The notes under the pieces are model-generated. The model was not told the DNA's origin and did no database searches. It worked only from the letters and a program-made list of their open reading frames with translations. Made by a program: the position numbers and the translations under genes. A stretch of 64,000 nt of DNA from Rickettsiales bacterium. Lineage in GTDB: Bacteria; Pseudomonadota; Alphaproteobacteria; Rickettsiales; SXRF01. Shown in pieces: positions 56,350 through 64,000 of this stretch; within the stretch, counting starts at the first letter, position 1, and the number at the start of each line of letters is the position of its first letter. The stretch lies in NCBI GenBank assembly GCA_964231325.1, contig CAXRIF010000002.1, forward strand, positions 287,138 through 351,137. The letters run 5' to 3'.

Positions 56350-56913
56350 TCAGTTCACAGGGCTGGTAAATAACAACCCATCTGCATGTTTTTTTCTTCC
56401 TTTATCGCTGTATAATGCCCATGCAGCGTAGCGTGCAGCTATTTCCAACAAGGCTTTATGTTGCGCTTCATTTTCCAGCCATCCTGCAATGACCTTGGCA
56501 AAAGAAAACTCTATCACTTCCAGATTATCGCCAGGAATAGGAAGCATCGAAAGCAGCGCATCACCATCTACGCGCGCGGCCGCTTCAAAAGATAGGGCGT
56601 TGGATGCGCGTGGCTGTATAAATTGCCATTTACACACATAAAACGGAACTAATGACGCATGTCGCTTCGCCAGCTTTTCCATGGCTTCACTGTCATTTCT
56701 GAGTCCTGTAATGAACGCTTCGATATATGGCACGAGCGCATTCATTAATGCCTCATCACTAGCCGTCGATGATTCAGTTCGCGCGGCAACCAAGCGTTCA
56801 TGCAGCCCACTATCTAATCGCTTTAGCTCTTCAACAAAAATACTGTCGAGTTCTAAAAAGCCATTTTGTTCACGATGTGGATCGAATGTTATATTGTAAC
56901 CAAGACTTACCAA
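56350..56913 (-). CDS. Hypothetical protein (187 aa), possibly a stand-alone DUF3400-like domain (weak recollection)
   Basis: The TTG start overlaps the yjdF stop. The N-terminus YNITFDPHREQNGFLELDSIFVEEL resembles the N-termini of large Fe-S/FAD oxidoreductases as I recall them. This is not verified. Confidence 0.45.
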   Translation of the reverse strand: MVSLGYNITFDPHREQNGFLELDSIFVEELKRLDSGLHERLVAARTESSTASDEALMNALVPYIEAFITGLRNDSEAMEKLAKRHASLVPFYVCKWQFIQPRASNALSFEAAARVDGDALLSMLPIPGDNLEVIEFSFAKVIAGWLENEAQHKALLEIAARYAAWALYSDKGRKKHADGLLFTSPVN

Positions 56914-57518
56914 TGCACACCTCGCAATTTTGCTAATGCTTTATCATGGGTTTTTCCTAACATTAGCAATGCAAGGATGGCGCCTATCAAAGCCAGGAAC
57001 ATATCCTTTTGTGTATCCCATACATCACCTTGCGTGCCCAAAAAGGCAACAGCGCCCTCTCCTGTCATATCGCCCACTATCCACTCAATGAGTTCGTAGG
57101 CAGCGCTAATGCCAAGACATCCCAACACCACAATTACAAACAACCATTTGCCAGCCTGCAATGGAGAGGTACGAAGCAATAGCTCGCGGGCTATCATTGC
57201 GGGCACAAATCCTTGTGCAAAATGCCCCAGACGATCGTAATGATTGCGCGATAGCTCATACGTATCGCGCAGCCAATTAAACAGAGGCACCTCCGCATAA
57301 GTATAATGCGCTCCCACCGCTAATATGACGCAGTGGAAAGCAATCAAACCATAAAGAAGTGGTGTAAGCGCAAATACATGACGCGTTGTAAATAGCACAA
57401 TGCCATATATCAATACCGGTGCAATTTCCAACCACCAGGTAAATCGATCTGCCGGATCAATAGCTGACCAGAGCGATACTGCAGCCACGATGATGAAAAG
57501 ATATAACGGGCGGATCAT
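56907..57518 (-). CDS. yjdF: YjdF-family membrane protein (DUF2238)
   Basis: The blocks [10 protein letters not shown]...[19 protein letters not shown]...[26 protein letters not shown] are typical of DUF2238. Its start overlaps the cysNC stop. Confidence 0.8.
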   Translation of the reverse strand: MIRPLYLFIIVAAVSLWSAIDPADRFTWWLEIAPVLIYGIVLFTTRHVFALTPLLYGLIAFHCVILAVGAHYTYAEVPLFNWLRDTYELSRNHYDRLGHFAQGFVPAMIARELLLRTSPLQAGKWLFVIVVLGCLGISAAYELIEWIVGDMTGEGAVAFLGTQGDVWDTQKDMFLALIGAILALLMLGKTHDKALAKLRGVHW

Positions 57519-59449
57519 ATACCGCTCCCCTCCACATCGCGCACCTGCCCTCCCTTATCTTCCATCATTAGATTATGCGCTGGTTGCACAAGCTGATCTT
57601 CAACATAAACCAGCAGTTTTTTGACTGACTCCTCAATGGTTTCGGCTTCAGTATCGAGCACAACATCAGGGTTCTCAGGTTCTTCGTAAGGCGCACTAAT
57701 GCCTGTAAAGTCTGGAATTTCTCCCTTGCGTGCTTTGGCATATAGTCCCTTGGTGTCACGCTTTTCACACGCCTCTACCGTTGCTTTCACATATACTGTG
57801 TGAAAGCTTTGTGGCAACAAAGCGCGCGCACGTTTGCGGTCTGCGACATAGGGTGAAATGAATGAGGTAATTACAATCACTCCTGCCTGCGCAAAGAGTG
57901 ATGCGACTTCAGCAACACGGCGAATATTTTCGCTCCGATCTTCCGGAGAAAACCCGAGATCGCGTGCCAAGCCCTGGCGAATATTATCACCATCCAACAT
58001 ATACACCTGATAGCCTTTATCAAACAAACGGCGATGCAGTTGTTTTGCAACAGTAGATTTTCCGGAACCAGAAAGGCCAGTGAGCCACAAGATGCCGCCA
58101 AAATGACCGTTCTGCAGTGCGCGCTGTTCACTAGAAACACCTGTATCTACGTCGAATATATTTTCCGAAACGGCTTTACTGCTATGCGTATTCCGCTGAT
58201 CTAAGAATCCATCCATACTGATAATGCCGCCACCAGCAATATCGTAATCCTGTTGGATAACAAACCGAGCAAGCGCACGCTGATCACCATAATGATCCAC
58301 TGCCGTCAACCCACGCAAACGTATCACCACCTCGGCCACATTATTGCGCTCCACCTGCTCAGCCTCGCCATGTGTAAGCGAGCTAGCATCTACCACATGC
58401 TCAATAGATTTTATTTCACCATATGCTTCCGATGTGCCGAGTTTAATTTTATAGCGTTTACCTGTTGCCAGCGGCTCTCTGCTCAACCAAAAAAGTCGTG
58501 CACGAAATTGCGTGGTAAGCATAGGCGCATCTTCTACATGACTTGCAACATGTCCCCGCTCAATAAAGATTTGGTCATCCAACGTGATCCCTATGGACTG
58601 ACCTGCACTGGCTTGCTGTGGCGCGTTCTCACCCGGCCATGATTCAATACTGGAAACTTTTGCCTGTACGTTACTGGGAGAAAACAACAACGTATCGCCG
58701 ACACGAATTATTCCACTTTCAACACGACCCGCCAATATCCGTCTATCATCAAATTTATACACATCTTGAATTAAAAAACGCAGCGGCAACTCTTCATCTG
58801 ATTGCGCGGGCGCGAAATGATCGAGGGCTGAAAGCACTGACTCACCCTTGTACCACGGCGTATTATCAGATGTTGCCGCCACATTATCACCATCGCGCGC
58901 AGAGATAGGAATAAAACAGGTTGGAGTGATATCGAGCGTTTTTAGATAGGCGCGATATTCTTTTTCTATATTAGCAAAGACCTGTTCATCAAACCCTATC
59001 GCATCCATCTTATTAACGATCACCGCCACCTGTCGAACACCCAGCAAATGCAGTAGATAGCCATGGCGTTTACTTTGTTCACGTATGCCTTCTTTTGCAT
59101 CAATAATGACGAGCGCCGCATCGGCCTGTGCTGCACCGGTAATCATGTTTTTTAGGAATTCTTTGTGGCCTGGTGCATCAATGATGACGATATCGCGCTT
59201 AGGCGTTTTGAGCCATATTTGTGTAGTATCAATGGTGATTCCCTGATCACGTTCGGCCTGCAGCGCATCCAGCAAAAATGACCACTCAAACGGCATCCCG
59301 CGCTTTTTACAGCTTTGTTGAATAGCCTCCATTTTACCATCCGGCAATGAATCCGTATCGTGCAACAAGCGGCCAACCAATGTTGATTTTCCATGATCAA
59401 CATGCCCGACAATCACAAGATTTAGTGGGGTAGAGTCTTTATAAGTCAT
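57515..59449 (-). CDS. cysNC: Bifunctional sulfate adenylyltransferase subunit 1 / adenylylsulfate kinase
   Basis: The N-terminal GTPase has the motifs [15 protein letters not shown] and NKMD. The C-terminal APS kinase has [20 protein letters not shown] and ITSFISPY. Confidence 0.95.
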   Translation of the reverse strand: MTYKDSTPLNLVIVGHVDHGKSTLVGRLLHDTDSLPDGKMEAIQQSCKKRGMPFEWSFLLDALQAERDQGITIDTTQIWLKTPKRDIVIIDAPGHKEFLKNMITGAAQADAALVIIDAKEGIREQSKRHGYLLHLLGVRQVAVIVNKMDAIGFDEQVFANIEKEYRAYLKTLDITPTCFIPISARDGDNVAATSDNTPWYKGESVLSALDHFAPAQSDEELPLRFLIQDVYKFDDRRILAGRVESGIIRVGDTLLFSPSNVQAKVSSIESWPGENAPQQASAGQSIGITLDDQIFIERGHVASHVEDAPMLTTQFRARLFWLSREPLATGKRYKIKLGTSEAYGEIKSIEHVVDASSLTHGEAEQVERNNVAEVVIRLRGLTAVDHYGDQRALARFVIQQDYDIAGGGIISMDGFLDQRNTHSSKAVSENIFDVDTGVSSEQRALQNGHFGGILWLTGLSGSGKSTVAKQLHRRLFDKGYQVYMLDGDNIRQGLARDLGFSPEDRSENIRRVAEVASLFAQAGVIVITSFISPYVADRKRARALLPQSFHTVYVKATVEACEKRDTKGLYAKARKGEIPDFTGISAPYEEPENPDVVLDTEAETIEESVKKLLVYVEDQLVQPAHNLMMEDKGGQVRDVEGSGI

Positions 59450-59943
59450 TGTGCCTTCAGTGAACGTTTAAGGTTTTCAATATCCTGTTTCATTAGCGTA
59501 GCCACTTGTTTACTTGTGTCTCGATCACAAGGCTCTCCTTTTAGAGATGCCGCTAATGTTTGTTGTGCTACCCCATGCAGCACGCCCGAATATGCCGTTT
59601 GCTTATCATTTTTCATATGCATGCGTAATTGCTGCAACATAAGCAGGTAACGCTCCTGCCAGTCCACTCCACACCATTGTGCGAGCCCAGATTCTCCGCC
59701 TTTATTGATAAGGTAATGCGCCTGCTGCTTAGAAATCGGCACCGTGGTGCGCTCCTTTTCGTCCGCGGGCTGAACGGGATCGCCCTTCGAGTCGATCGCC
59801 TTTCCCCAAAAATGCTTGAGGGTAAGCTGCATCATTTCTGCCTTCTCCACATCACTAAAAAGCTCATCCGCTTTTGCCGAAGGCGACAAAACCAGCGCTA
59901 CTAACATCGTCAGAATAATTGGCTTCACATTATATCCTTTCAT
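59446..59943 (-). CDS. Hypothetical periplasmic protein (165 aa) inserted between cysD and cysNC
   Basis: It has a signal peptide (LSPSAKA-DE). It is coupled on both sides (TAATG with cysD, ATGA with cysNC). No family is recognised. Confidence 0.6.
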   Translation of the reverse strand: MKGYNVKPIILTMLVALVLSPSAKADELFSDVEKAEMMQLTLKHFWGKAIDSKGDPVQPADEKERTTVPISKQQAHYLINKGGESGLAQWCGVDWQERYLLMLQQLRMHMKNDKQTAYSGVLHGVAQQTLAASLKGEPCDRDTSKQVATLMKQDIENLKRSLKAQ

Positions 59944-60776
59944 TACATATATCCATCTGCGCGCAAACGCTCGAAAGAAGACTCATCCTCGTCTGCACCC
60001 ATAGGTCGGCCAGATCGTTCAGAGGTTTTTGTGATTTCAAGCTCTTTGATAATGGCTTCAATAGTAGTGGCGTCGCTTTCTACTGGCCAGGTAATTCCTC
60101 TTTCCCCCAAGGAGCGAAAACGCATCATTTTCCCGCCAAAATCACGCCCTTCAAACTGGGTATATTCTTTGGCAAAATAAAGCGGCACAATAGGTATATT
60201 CTCGCGCTGTATGTAGCGCCAAATATCAATTTCTGTCCAATGCAGCAATGGATGAATACGCAAAGAGGTACCCGGCGCATAATCTGTTTTATACTGCCCC
60301 CAAAACTCCGGTGGCTGGTCTTTTACGTCCCATCCCCCTGTTTCACCTCGCGGCGAAAAAATACGCTCCTTCGCGCGGGTGGCCTCTTCATCACGACGAA
60401 TACCGGCAATCACTCCGGTAAACCCATGCTCATCGAGCACCTGTTTGAGCCCTAATGTTTTACGTGACGCGACACGAGCAGCAGGAGGCAGTGATTCATC
60501 TGTTTCTTCCAACGGCGGACAAATGGGCGAAAGCAAATCCAGCCCCCATTCACTCACATATTTATCGCGGAATGCATATACCTCTTCCATCTCCAACTCT
60601 GTATCACAATGGATAAGCGGGAAGGGCACATGGCCAAAGAAAGCCTTGCGCGCAAGGTGGATCATTACGTTGGAATCCTTGCCAAAAGACCACAGCATGG
60701 CGAGCTTTCCTACCGCATGAAATGCTTCGCGGAACACATAAATAGATTGCGATTCCAGTCGATCAAGATGGTTCAT
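59943..60776 (-). CDS. cysD: Sulfate adenylyltransferase subunit 2
   Basis: It shows the PAPS-reductase-fold ATP sulfurylase small subunit pattern (LESQSIYVFRE, MLWSFGKDS, RIHPLLHWTEIDIWRYI, SLGERGITWP). Confidence 0.9.
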   Translation of the reverse strand: MNHLDRLESQSIYVFREAFHAVGKLAMLWSFGKDSNVMIHLARKAFFGHVPFPLIHCDTELEMEEVYAFRDKYVSEWGLDLLSPICPPLEETDESLPPAARVASRKTLGLKQVLDEHGFTGVIAGIRRDEEATRAKERIFSPRGETGGWDVKDQPPEFWGQYKTDYAPGTSLRIHPLLHWTEIDIWRYIQRENIPIVPLYFAKEYTQFEGRDFGGKMMRFRSLGERGITWPVESDATTIEAIIKELEITKTSERSGRPMGADEDESSFERLRADGYM

Positions 60777-61513
60777 TATACACTCCAGTCTCCCACTTCA
60801 TCAGATGATAAGTGAATACCACATTCCGTTTTTTTCTCGTCTTCAAAACCCATCGTATGCGCCCAACGCCCGGCACGTGCATCCTCACCTTCTGCCACGG
60901 GTGCTGTGCATGGTGCACAACCTATCGAACGGTAGCCTTTATCCACCAACGGATGCATGGGTAGTTTACGCAATATTATTGCTTCTTGTTGCTTTTCCTG
61001 GTCCCAGAAGGCGAGCGGGTTAATGCGAAAAATACCTTTATCATCACGCTCGATGGTTTGCATATCCGCACGCTCTGGCGTTTGATAACGTTTCCGTCCC
61101 GTAATAAGCGCGGCAAGTTTCATTTCTTTAACAGCGCGATCCAGAGGTTCCACCTTTCGAAGCCAGCAACAACGATTCGGCTGGCTTTGCCATAAATCAC
61201 CCTTAGGATCAATTCGTGCTAACATTTCCTCATCTGGCGTAAGCCACACTACATTAGTCAGCCCAAGCTGTTCCGCCAGCTCTTTCGCGTAGGTAAGTGT
61301 TTCAGGAAAGTGTTTGTTGGTTTCTAAAAATAATACTGGTGTTGAAGGGTCAACTTCTGCCACCATCGAAAGCAGCAAGGCTGCATCCGCTCCAAAAGAA
61401 GACACCAGCGCAATTTTTCCAGCAAATTCATCACGAATCATTACACGCAGTAAGGGCAATGCTTTCAGGTGGCCATGAAACGCCTCAAGGCGGCTGAGCG
61501 AAACTTCGTTCAT
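60776..61513 (-). CDS. cysH: Assimilatory (P)APS reductase, Fe-S (APS-reductase) type
   Basis: It has the PP-loop region (LVSSFGADAA), a CC pair (NRCCWLRKVEPL), a CxxC motif (SIGCAPCT) and ECGIH. The CC and CxxC motifs are absent from E. coli-type PAPS reductase. Confidence 0.85.
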   Translation of the reverse strand: MNEVSLSRLEAFHGHLKALPLLRVMIRDEFAGKIALVSSFGADAALLLSMVAEVDPSTPVLFLETNKHFPETLTYAKELAEQLGLTNVVWLTPDEEMLARIDPKGDLWQSQPNRCCWLRKVEPLDRAVKEMKLAALITGRKRYQTPERADMQTIERDDKGIFRINPLAFWDQEKQQEAIILRKLPMHPLVDKGYRSIGCAPCTAPVAEGEDARAGRWAHTMGFEDEKKTECGIHLSSDEVGDWSV

Positions 61514-62022
61514 TTGAACCAGCCCTTCTCAGCCAGCCACCGCTCTGAAAGCACCGCTATTTCTTTCATGGTTTTGCCCGCTTCTTTCCATTGGTTTCGC
61601 TGTGCGGCAATAAGCTTTGTATGTTCGCTCCACTCTTCGCCAAAACGTGCGGCTATCACGTCACGCACTTTCTTAGCCAGTGTAGGAGAAGCACCGGCCG
61701 TTGATATGGCAACAAGTAAATCGCCACGACGTACGTTGGCGGTGAAATAAAAGTCACAAAGATCGCTAACATCTTCGACATTTACCAAGCGTCCTAAAGC
61801 ACGTGCTTCATCTGCTATTTGTTGTGACTCTTCACGCGTCAGCGCTACAACCATCACCACACGGTGCGCCGCAATCACATCTGCGGAAGGCACCTCACCT
61901 TCCATCACAGTTACGTGTTTTGCCCCTGCCTCTTCAAGCTGCTCCATACGTCTTTGAAGCAGTTTTCCTTTGCCTACCAGAAGGATGGGAAGCGTGGCTA
62001 CATTCAGTGCTATCGGAAACAT
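61510..62022 (-). CDS. Precorrin-2 dehydrogenase / sirohydrochlorin ferrochelatase (CysG N-terminal domain-like, SirC/Met8 type)
   Basis: The ATG at 62022 gives 170 aa. FPIALNVATLPILLVGKGK...AGAKHVTV and NVEDVSDLCDFYFTANVRRGDLLVAISTAGASPTLAKKVRD align with E. coli CysG residues 1-150. No SUMT domain is present. Confidence 0.7.
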   Translation of the reverse strand: MFPIALNVATLPILLVGKGKLLQRRMEQLEEAGAKHVTVMEGEVPSADVIAAHRVVMVVALTREESQQIADEARALGRLVNVEDVSDLCDFYFTANVRRGDLLVAISTAGASPTLAKKVRDVIAARFGEEWSEHTKLIAAQRNQWKEAGKTMKEIAVLSERWLAEKGWFK

Positions 62023-62024
62023 TT

Positions 62025-63761
62025 TTACTTCGCCCAACTATATTCCGACAGCGCTTCTACTGCCTGTTGTTTTGCCTTGTCCACGCCATAGCGATAACAA
62101 AAATCGCCGAATCCCTCGCCATCAATTCGGTATTTACTCCATAGGGCGATAATTGGCGCAAAGGCTTCAGCCACATGCGCTAATGGTACACGGTCAAACA
62201 ATTCCTTACCCAGGCGTGTGCCCTCAAAATCACCACCAATATAGAGCGTGTAATGATCAGGTATGCGCCCAACGATGCTAATATCCCCAACATAAGGGCG
62301 CGAGCACCCGTTGGCACAACCGGCGATACGAATAGTAATGCGTTCATCCAGCATGCCGTAACGATCAAGCACCTGTTCTATTTCACCAACGAGCGGCAAT
62401 TTAATGCGCTCCGCTTCTGCCAATGCCTTTCCGCAGGTAGGGTAAGCCACACAGGCCAGTGTGTTGCGATAAGCAGGCGTAACATCGTGTTTCAGCTTAA
62501 CACCACTGCGGGTGAGTTTATGCTCAATAGATATTTTATCGCCTTCATTAATCTCACATAGCAGGATGTTCTGATCTGCTGTCAGCCGTATTTCCATACC
62601 ATATTCTTCAATTACGTCGCGCAGGCCACTGCGTGTTGCCTCGCCATCACGATCCATGATACGGCCACTGGAAATTGGCAATCCTAAGAACCATTTGCCA
62701 TCGCCCTGCTCATGCCAACCCATATAATCCTTCACCGCGTAAGGTTTCATAGGACGGGGCGGCTCCATAGTTTGCAGCAAATAACCTTCCAGCGTTTCCT
62801 TTATCCAATCCACACCTTTTTCTTCCACCAGATATTTAAGGCGTGCATGTTTGCGGTTCGTGCGGTCGCCATGGTCTCTCTGTAATTTGATTACTGCCTC
62901 CGCAGCACTCGTCAACAGGTAGGGAGGCACAAACATGATAGGTGTGGCCAGTCGTGGATAGGTTTTAGGTTGGTTATGATGCATACCCAAACCACCACCC
63001 AGCGCAAAGTTATAGCCGATCAACTCCTGCCCTTCGAACAACGCAAGGATAGCAAGATCATGCGTCAGCACATCAATGCAATTATCTTCGGGACGCGCGA
63101 TACCAATCTTAAATTTGCGCGGCATATAAGTGGTTCCATAAAGCGGCTCTGGGTTCGTTTCGCGTCCGGGCTCTGGGTTAAACGGATAGTCTGCAATCAC
63201 TTGCCCATCCAGCCATACCTCGCAATAAGCCGTTGTTTTCGGCGCACACAATTTGGCCAGTGTAAAACAATCTTCCATCAGTTTTGCGTGCATTGCATCT
63301 TTAATTGGTGCGGGGCACGTCATCACGTTACGCACTATGTCACCACACCCACCCAAGGTGGAAAGCAACAGGCGATTTACATCTGCGATAAAAGGTTTCA
63401 TTGATGCCTTTTTCACGCAATGAAACTGAAAAGTCTCACGTGTGGTTATTCTAAGCGTGCCGTTTGCATATTTTTCTGCCAACTCATCAAGCCCTAAATA
63501 CTGCTCAGCACTCAGCACTCCGCCCGGGCATTTTAGACGCACCATGAATTCGTATTCTTTTTCCAAACCCGCTTGTTTGCGCGCTGTTGCCGTGTCGCGA
63601 TCATACCCAAAATAGCTGCCGTGAAATTTAAGCAGCTCGTAGGTTTCAGGAGTCACCTGATCGGAAGAAGTATCCGCAAGATCAGCCGCAATATCACCTT
63701 TAAGGAAATGGCTTTCCTTTTTAAGTATTTCCTGTTTTGAGAGTTTTTGTATCTCGGTCAT
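62025..63761 (-). CDS. cysI: Assimilatory sulfite reductase hemoprotein
   Basis: A 578-aa ORF of the nitrite/sulfite reductase family, with the siroheme/4Fe-4S Cys motifs (ACVAYPTCGKALAE, IAGCANGCSRP). Confidence 0.95.
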   Translation of the reverse strand: MTEIQKLSKQEILKKESHFLKGDIAADLADTSSDQVTPETYELLKFHGSYFGYDRDTATARKQAGLEKEYEFMVRLKCPGGVLSAEQYLGLDELAEKYANGTLRITTRETFQFHCVKKASMKPFIADVNRLLLSTLGGCGDIVRNVMTCPAPIKDAMHAKLMEDCFTLAKLCAPKTTAYCEVWLDGQVIADYPFNPEPGRETNPEPLYGTTYMPRKFKIGIARPEDNCIDVLTHDLAILALFEGQELIGYNFALGGGLGMHHNQPKTYPRLATPIMFVPPYLLTSAAEAVIKLQRDHGDRTNRKHARLKYLVEEKGVDWIKETLEGYLLQTMEPPRPMKPYAVKDYMGWHEQGDGKWFLGLPISSGRIMDRDGEATRSGLRDVIEEYGMEIRLTADQNILLCEINEGDKISIEHKLTRSGVKLKHDVTPAYRNTLACVAYPTCGKALAEAERIKLPLVGEIEQVLDRYGMLDERITIRIAGCANGCSRPYVGDISIVGRIPDHYTLYIGGDFEGTRLGKELFDRVPLAHVAEAFAPIIALWSKYRIDGEGFGDFCYRYGVDKAKQQAVEALSEYSWAK

Positions 63762-63827
63762 CGCGCTTCTATTGCTGGTTAACGTCTATTATCATAATAT
63801 ATATGTATAATTATTTATATTACAAAA

Positions 63828-64000
63828 TTATAATGTATTATTGATAATAAAACCTATATTCCAGAAATAGTTAGAAATTTCTGGATAGACCACCAATAGC
63901 CATAATGATGCTGCCAGAGCTGGCCCGAATGGGAAGATAGCACCCTTGCCCATCAAGCGCCACAAAAGACCGAAAACAACACCGAGCAAACCTGAAAAGA
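63828..64000 (-). CDS. pilD: Prepilin peptidase (A24 family), C-terminal 56 codons (the 5' end is off the window)
   Basis: This is my own translation: ...FSGLLGVVFGLLWRLMGKGAIFPFGPALAASLWLLVVYPEISNYFWNIGFIINNTL*. It aligns well with the PilD C-terminus (...VGAVLGVIML.L.....IPFGPYLAIAGWIALLW). Confidence 0.55.
   Translation of the reverse strand, partial: FSGLLGVVFGLLWRLMGKGAIFPFGPALAASLWLLVVYPEISNYFWNIGFIINNTL

Noticed and set aside
63825-63852. A dif-like XerCD site (ATAATGTAT...), considered because xerD is in the window
   Set aside because: Only the ATAATGTAT core resembles dif. The XerD arm (TTATGTTAAAT) and the 6-bp central spacing do not fit. The region is simply very AT-rich promoter DNA partly inside pilD.
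1-64000. A search by eye for tRNA, rRNA, CRISPR repeats, IS or transposase genes, phage integrase and toxin-antitoxin or known defence-system genes
   Set aside because: None was recognised. The only recombinase is chromosomal xerD. Short or degenerate elements could have been missed without tRNAscan, Infernal or ISfinder-type tools.

Overview
This is a 64-kb chromosomal segment that is almost entirely coding. I call about 70 CDS. By eye I found no rRNA, tRNA, CRISPR array, transposase or phage integrase. All family assignments rest on motifs I recognise in the supplied translations; no database search was possible. Gene families and local synteny point to an alphaproteobacterium: DUF1013/TrcR-like, DUF2628, NDUFA12 with mlaD and DUF2155, a GTA-type 3TM holin, a long class II NrdJ, xerD divergent from aroK-aroB, and pepA-holC divergent from lptFG. 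The housekeeping backbone comprises a HIT protein, a nitroreductase, hisE, lptFG, pepA, holC, prfC, gcdH, trhO, nrdJ, xerD, aroK, aroB, a CorC/HlyC transporter, PBP1A, dnaG, rpoD, pyrD, fpr and a long sulfate-assimilation operon (cysI, sirC-like, cysH, cysD, cysNC). Seven things stand out. (1) A dispersed type IV pilus-like system. It has convergent core operons at 44-55 kb: a TPR protein with pilT and pilU, facing pilB, pilC, a GspL-like PilM/N fusion, PilO-like and PilP-like proteins and an orphan ABC ATPase. No secretin is present in the window. Two unusually large pilin paralogs lie at 10.9 and 25.4 kb, and a prepilin-peptidase fragment lies at the right edge. (2) A translationally coupled trio of a decaprenyl-phosphate phosphoribosyltransferase-like UbiA enzyme and two paralogous polytopic membrane proteins, wedged between NDUFA12 and mlaD. 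(3) An RpoD carrying a roughly 175-aa histone-H1-like Lys/Ala/Pro repeat N-terminal extension built from 99-bp and 90-bp spaced internal duplications. (4) An AT-richer block of three unknown genes, including a tandem paralog pair. (5) Extra genes inside the cys operon: a periplasmic ORF between cysD and cysN, then yjdF and an unknown ORF. (6) A 498-bp convergent intergenic region containing a palindromic element and an exactly 10-bp-phased decamer array. (7) Candidate tandem NrdR boxes upstream of nrdJ.
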